Source: Pseudomonas phage RWG. Taken from it: 64,000 bases of DNA. Below are positions 60,036-64,000 of the stretch, in pieces. The notes beneath the pieces were generated by a model. That model searched no databases. It was not told where the DNA came from and saw only the letters and a list, made by a program, of their open reading frames with translations. The DNA lies in the sequence record KM411958.1; one strand, 5' to 3'. How positions within the stretch are numbered: the first letter of the stretch is position 1; each line of letters opens with the position of its first letter. The position numbers and the translations under genes were made by a program.

Positions 60036-60701
60036 TTAGTCCTCCTTGTAGGAACCGTTTACTGCCTGTTGCTTGCGGAGGGATTCGAGTTCATCCTCGC
60101 TCAGCTGCGGCAGGAGTTCCACGGAGAATTCACGTACTGACTTCGACCGGCGTACCTTCTGCGGACCCATCGGGGTCTGCTCGGTGACCGTGTAGAAGTG
60201 CTGGTACTGCTTGGACTTGATGAAGTTCAGCAGGGCTTCCGGCACATGCCAGTCCACCTCGAACGGAACCAGACGACGGATCGTGCCGATCTCGTCGTTG
60301 CCGATGCTGAAGTACTCCGCATCCCAGTCGTTCTTGTTCGGGTTGTGGCAGGTGATCCGGCAGCGGATCAGGCGATGGGCAGCCATGCGACGGTCACGAC
60401 GCAGTTCGCCTTCGGTCTTCGGACGCGGTGCTTCGGCTGCCTTGAGGGCAGCTGCACCAGCTTCGGCGGACGGCTTCGGGATGGACGAGGTAGCTTCGGT
60501 GGCTTCGTCTTCTTCCTCGTCGCCGACAGCTTCGTCGTTCAGGACGGCATTGATCTTTTCACGCAGCTTTTCCACGCCGGTATTGGAGCGGAAGGAGATG
60601 CCGAGGGCAGTAGCTTTTTCTTGTAGGACTTCCAACTCGGAACGGGTATCCGGGGATTCCAGTGGTGCTTCACTCAGGTTTTGCAGTTCGTCGAGGGACA
60701 T
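60036..60701 (-). CDS. virion/assembly protein (221 aa), acidic N-terminus
   Basis: ORF track. Immediately downstream of the capsid gene. Confidence 0.5.
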   Translation of the reverse strand: MSLDELQNLSEAPLESPDTRSELEVLQEKATALGISFRSNTGVEKLREKINAVLNDEAVGDEEEDEATEATSSIPKPSAEAGAAALKAAEAPRPKTEGELRRDRRMAAHRLIRCRITCHNPNKNDWDAEYFSIGNDEIGTIRRLVPFEVDWHVPEALLNFIKSKQYQHFYTVTEQTPMGPQKVRRSKSVREFSVELLPQLSEDELESLRKQQAVNGSYKED

Positions 60702-60729
60702 GGGTGATTCTCCAGGGTAAGAGTTAAGA

Positions 60730-60749
60730 GGGGGAGGTTACCCTCCCCC
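60730..60749 (-). terminator. stem-loop GGGGGAG-GTTACC-CTCCCCC downstream of the major capsid gene
   Basis: 7-bp GC stem between the MCP stop and the next start. Possible partial terminator that raises the MCP transcript ratio. Confidence 0.35.
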
Positions 60750-60757
60750 TTGCCTAG

Positions 60758-61957
60758 TTACAGGCGTGCCACGGTCTTCAGCAGGGCGATCCACTCGGGG
60801 CGGAACACCATGAAGCCGTAGTACCACTTGATGGACATGAAGCCCATCTCGCCGTACGGGTCACTGCGGTCGGCAGTGGCTTCGCCAGGACGCTTGGTGA
60901 TGATCTTGAACTTGACGTTCTTGCCGTCGGTAGCGAAACCGACAGTGGTGAACGCCTCGGAAGCCACACACAGCATCGGGAAGACACTGTACTTGCCGCC
61001 CGACTCGTGCATCGGAACCTGGTCGTTCGGGTCCACGGCCTTGCCGACGCCAGCCCAGTGCATCATCTGCGGGTTGACGATGACGCGGAAGCGGCCCAGC
61101 TGGCCGACTTCGCCGTGCATGGTGGCACCACCGGCAGCGTACTTCTCGATGGGGATGAAGGCCGGATTGCCGTGGTTGTCCTTCATGGCTTCGATGGTCG
61201 GAACCAGATCGGAACCAACGTACAGAGCACGGGCGTTGCCCACGGTACGGGTGTCGATCATGCGGGTACCGGTGATCATCTTGATCTTGGTCGGAGCACG
61301 CGCGTTGTCCAGGTCCAGACGCAGACGCATCAGCGAGTCGTAGGTGACCTCGGTGGTGGCGTCGACTTCAGCGTCGGAGGTTGCAGCGCCCGGATAACGG
61401 ACGGTGCCGGCCGAGTTGAGCAGGTCGATTTGCAGCAGGTCTTCGGTGATCTCGTTCGCGCCCTTCACCATTTCGGTGGTGACGTGACCTTCCATCGCCG
61501 GATCGCTGTCGAAGTCGAGTTGCTCTTGGGTGTACTCGCGGAAGAAGCCGTACTTCTCCAGCTTGCCCTTGATCTCGACACGCTTGAAACCAACACGGTT
61601 CACGCGACCGCCGATCTCGGTGAGGGTCGGCATCTTCGCGGTGATGTTGCCCACGTCACGGCTCGAACCGTAGAGGTTGCCGTTGGCGATGGTAGCGCCG
61701 GAAGCGTCGATACCCTGGTCGTTCACGTTGCGGTCGTCGAGCAGCGGGATGTAGTGTAGTCGCACGATCTCTTTGCCGTAGTTCTTCGGCATCGAGAAGG
61801 TATCGGCCAGCTGACCGAAGTAGGCTTCCTTGGCGGCATCGATGAGCGCACGCTTGTACCAGTAGCGGGTATGGATCTGGGGACCGATGGAAGACTCTAC
61901 CCCGTTCGCGGGGTCGTTGTACTTCATCGGCTTGCTGTTATCTACAGGACCGGCCAT
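60758..61957 (-). CDS. major capsid protein (399 aa; N4 gp56-like)
   Basis: Size about 44 kDa. AAGGAAAACATC RBS. Flanked by a downstream stem-loop and preceded by a scaffold-like acidic protein. Position relative to vRNAP matches the N4 layout. Confidence 0.7.
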   Translation of the reverse strand: MAGPVDNSKPMKYNDPANGVESSIGPQIHTRYWYKRALIDAAKEAYFGQLADTFSMPKNYGKEIVRLHYIPLLDDRNVNDQGIDASGATIANGNLYGSSRDVGNITAKMPTLTEIGGRVNRVGFKRVEIKGKLEKYGFFREYTQEQLDFDSDPAMEGHVTTEMVKGANEITEDLLQIDLLNSAGTVRYPGAATSDAEVDATTEVTYDSLMRLRLDLDNARAPTKIKMITGTRMIDTRTVGNARALYVGSDLVPTIEAMKDNHGNPAFIPIEKYAAGGATMHGEVGQLGRFRVIVNPQMMHWAGVGKAVDPNDQVPMHESGGKYSVFPMLCVASEAFTTVGFATDGKNVKFKIITKRPGEATADRSDPYGEMGFMSIKWYYGFMVFRPEWIALLKTVARL

Positions 61958-61991
61958 GAGATGTTTTCCTTATTCCAGTTTCAGGGATTGC

Positions 61992-63182
61992 TTAGTTGAA
62001 GCCCAGCTTCTCGAACTCTTCGTCCGACATCGCTAGGGGATCGAACTGGGCAGGCTTAGCCTTTCCAGCTACAGTTTTGGTCGGAGCCGCAGCCCGACGC
62101 TTTTCTTTCACAGCCGCTTCCTGTGCCTTGGTGCGGGTGGTGACTCGCTTCACCGGTTCAGCGGGTGCTTTACGTTGGCTTTCAGTGGCCGAGGCTTGAG
62201 CCAAATCGTCGAATGCACCTTGAGCCTGAAGCTCATCCCCAACCGCCTTATATGCGTGCAGGTACGGGGTACTATCAGTGATCGTGCCGAATGCCTTACG
62301 GCGCTGGATCTCGGAGTCGATTCGGTCGAATACCCCATTGGTCATGTGCTGTTCGAAGTAGCCGATGACTTGAGGATGTTCGGAAACCAACTTCTGAGAA
62401 GTTTTATCCAACTTGCCCAGCGTAGTAACCACTCGGTTGTAGGATGGACTGTGCTCGATGGAATCGAGTTGTTCGTCCAGTGCCTCACGAACTTGGTTGA
62501 ATGGTACAGCAGTCGGTTTGTAATCCGCAACGCTCTTCTCATCCAAGTCGAGCGGATCTACACCGGCATCTTTAGCCAACTTAGCGATGGCTTCAGGTTT
62601 CTTGTGTTTGAGAAGATCAACCACATTGGCGATAGTCTCCGGGTTCAGCAAACCAGCTTCATCCAGTTGACGCATCATGTGCAAGTTCGGCTTGAGCGCG
62701 GACATCTTGTGGTTGTAGTTGGCACCCATCTGCATCAGACGGATAGCCTCTTCCGGCGTCTTGACCTGTAGATCACGGCCATTCGCTTTGAACGGTGCAG
62801 TGATCTTCGCCATGAAGTCAGCAGGATCTACCTCTTGCTTGGTAGCCTCGGACTTCTTGGCTTCAGGTTCTTCTTCAGTCGGAGTATCTTCCGACTCTTC
62901 CTTGTCGCCGTCTTCTTCTTCCTGCCCCGACTTTTCTTCAGTCGGTTTCTCTTCCGCAGGAAGATCGCCGAGTTCATCGTCCGGCGAGTTGAGAGGATCT
63001 TGTTCCTCCTCCTGTCCTTCTTCCTGCTCTTCGTCAGCAGGCTCTTCTTCCTGGTCGGCGGCTTCAACTTGCTCGTCGTCCAGTTGTTCCTGCTCGGGTT
63101 CTTCTTGCTCGGAGCGAGTCTGCTCTTCTACTTCGTAGAACTCGGGCAGATCGTCGTCACTCATTTCGAGGAAGTCAGCCAT
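61992..63182 (-). CDS. scaffolding-like protein (396 aa) with very acidic N-terminal region
   Basis: An Asp/Glu/Gln-rich 130-aa N-terminal stretch. Immediately upstream of the MCP gene. Confidence 0.5.
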   Translation of the reverse strand: MADFLEMSDDDLPEFYEVEEQTRSEQEEPEQEQLDDEQVEAADQEEEPADEEQEEGQEEEQDPLNSPDDELGDLPAEEKPTEEKSGQEEEDGDKEESEDTPTEEEPEAKKSEATKQEVDPADFMAKITAPFKANGRDLQVKTPEEAIRLMQMGANYNHKMSALKPNLHMMRQLDEAGLLNPETIANVVDLLKHKKPEAIAKLAKDAGVDPLDLDEKSVADYKPTAVPFNQVREALDEQLDSIEHSPSYNRVVTTLGKLDKTSQKLVSEHPQVIGYFEQHMTNGVFDRIDSEIQRRKAFGTITDSTPYLHAYKAVGDELQAQGAFDDLAQASATESQRKAPAEPVKRVTTRTKAQEAAVKEKRRAAAPTKTVAGKAKPAQFDPLAMSDEEFEKLGFN

Positions 63183-63574
63183 TACTCTTCATCCTCCTCT
63201 TCACGGACACGTTCGAGTTCAGCGTCACAGTCCTTGATGGCCTGTTCAGCTTCGTCGCCACGTACGCCGATCAGCTGGAAGTAGGTGTGCAGAGCGCCGA
63301 CCGCATCGATCTCACGGATGATGCGAGCCTGCATCTCGGGGGATTCCATGTTCTTGTCCGCCTTGAGCAGGACCAGACGTGCAGCGTTGTCCTTGAGGAA
63401 GTCGTTGAGGATCAGCGCCTGGAAGTCCCGGTTCTTGTGCAGACGCAGCATTGCGTCACGCAACCGGACGAACTTCTCAGCGTTCTTCCGGGTGATCTGA
63501 ATAGCGTGTTCTTCGTTCATCTTTGCAAATCCTGTCAAGTAAAGGGGTGTTGGTTCACCGTAAAGGTGAACCAA
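63182..63574 (-). CDS. hypothetical late protein (130 aa)
   Basis: ORF track. ATGA overlap with the downstream gene. Confidence 0.45.
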   Translation of the reverse strand: MVHLYGEPTPLYLTGFAKMNEEHAIQITRKNAEKFVRLRDAMLRLHKNRDFQALILNDFLKDNAARLVLLKADKNMESPEMQARIIREIDAVGALHTYFQLIGVRGDEAEQAIKDCDAELERVREEEDEE

Positions 63575-63589
63575 CTATAGTGAAGTTAA

Positions 63590-64000
<411 letters not shown>

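Overview
This 64 kb window is almost certainly most of the genome of an N4-like (Schitoviridae-type) podophage of a moderately GC-rich (about 55-58%) Gram-negative host. Two hallmarks establish the family: a 3,398-aa virion-packaged RNA polymerase gene (44578..54774, minus strand), and a T7-like single-subunit RNA polymerase split into two genes (5870..6802 and 7705..8946), the N4 RNAPII arrangement. The window is organised in four blocks. (1) Plus strand, 1..~28000: small early genes, the RNAPII halves, a ClpX-like ATPase, a MoxR-like ATPase with a VWA/metallopeptidase partner, a Dda-like helicase, a family-A DNA polymerase, a dCMP deaminase, an HNH endonuclease, a GHKL-type rIIA-like protein and its partner, and small membrane proteins. 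(2) Minus strand, 28030..35173: a tail-fibre and lysis cassette (embedded Rz/Rz1, endolysin, SGNH-esterase tail fibre). (3) Plus strand, 35566..44562: a replication and recombination module (Cas4-like Fe-S nuclease, primase-like protein, RecA-like ATPase, SSB-like protein, RuvC-like resolvase). (4) Minus strand, 44578..64000: the late virion operon (vRNAP, internal virion proteins, major capsid protein, scaffold-like protein, and the 3' end of a portal-like gene cut by the window edge). No tRNA, rRNA or CRISPR features were found. The most interesting candidates for second-look work are: two tandem macro-domain-like early proteins, a ClpX-like unfoldase lacking the ClpP-docking and zinc-binding elements, low-GC ORF insertions (one splitting the MoxR/VWA pair, three paralogs splitting the RNAPII genes), a highly structured 370-bp origin-like intergenic region, a three-way-junction leader structure, a 17-nt hairpin conserved at two gene ends, and two replication-block proteins sharing a near-identical C-terminal ...SLFS* tail. 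All functional calls rest on motif recognition by eye; no database search was possible.
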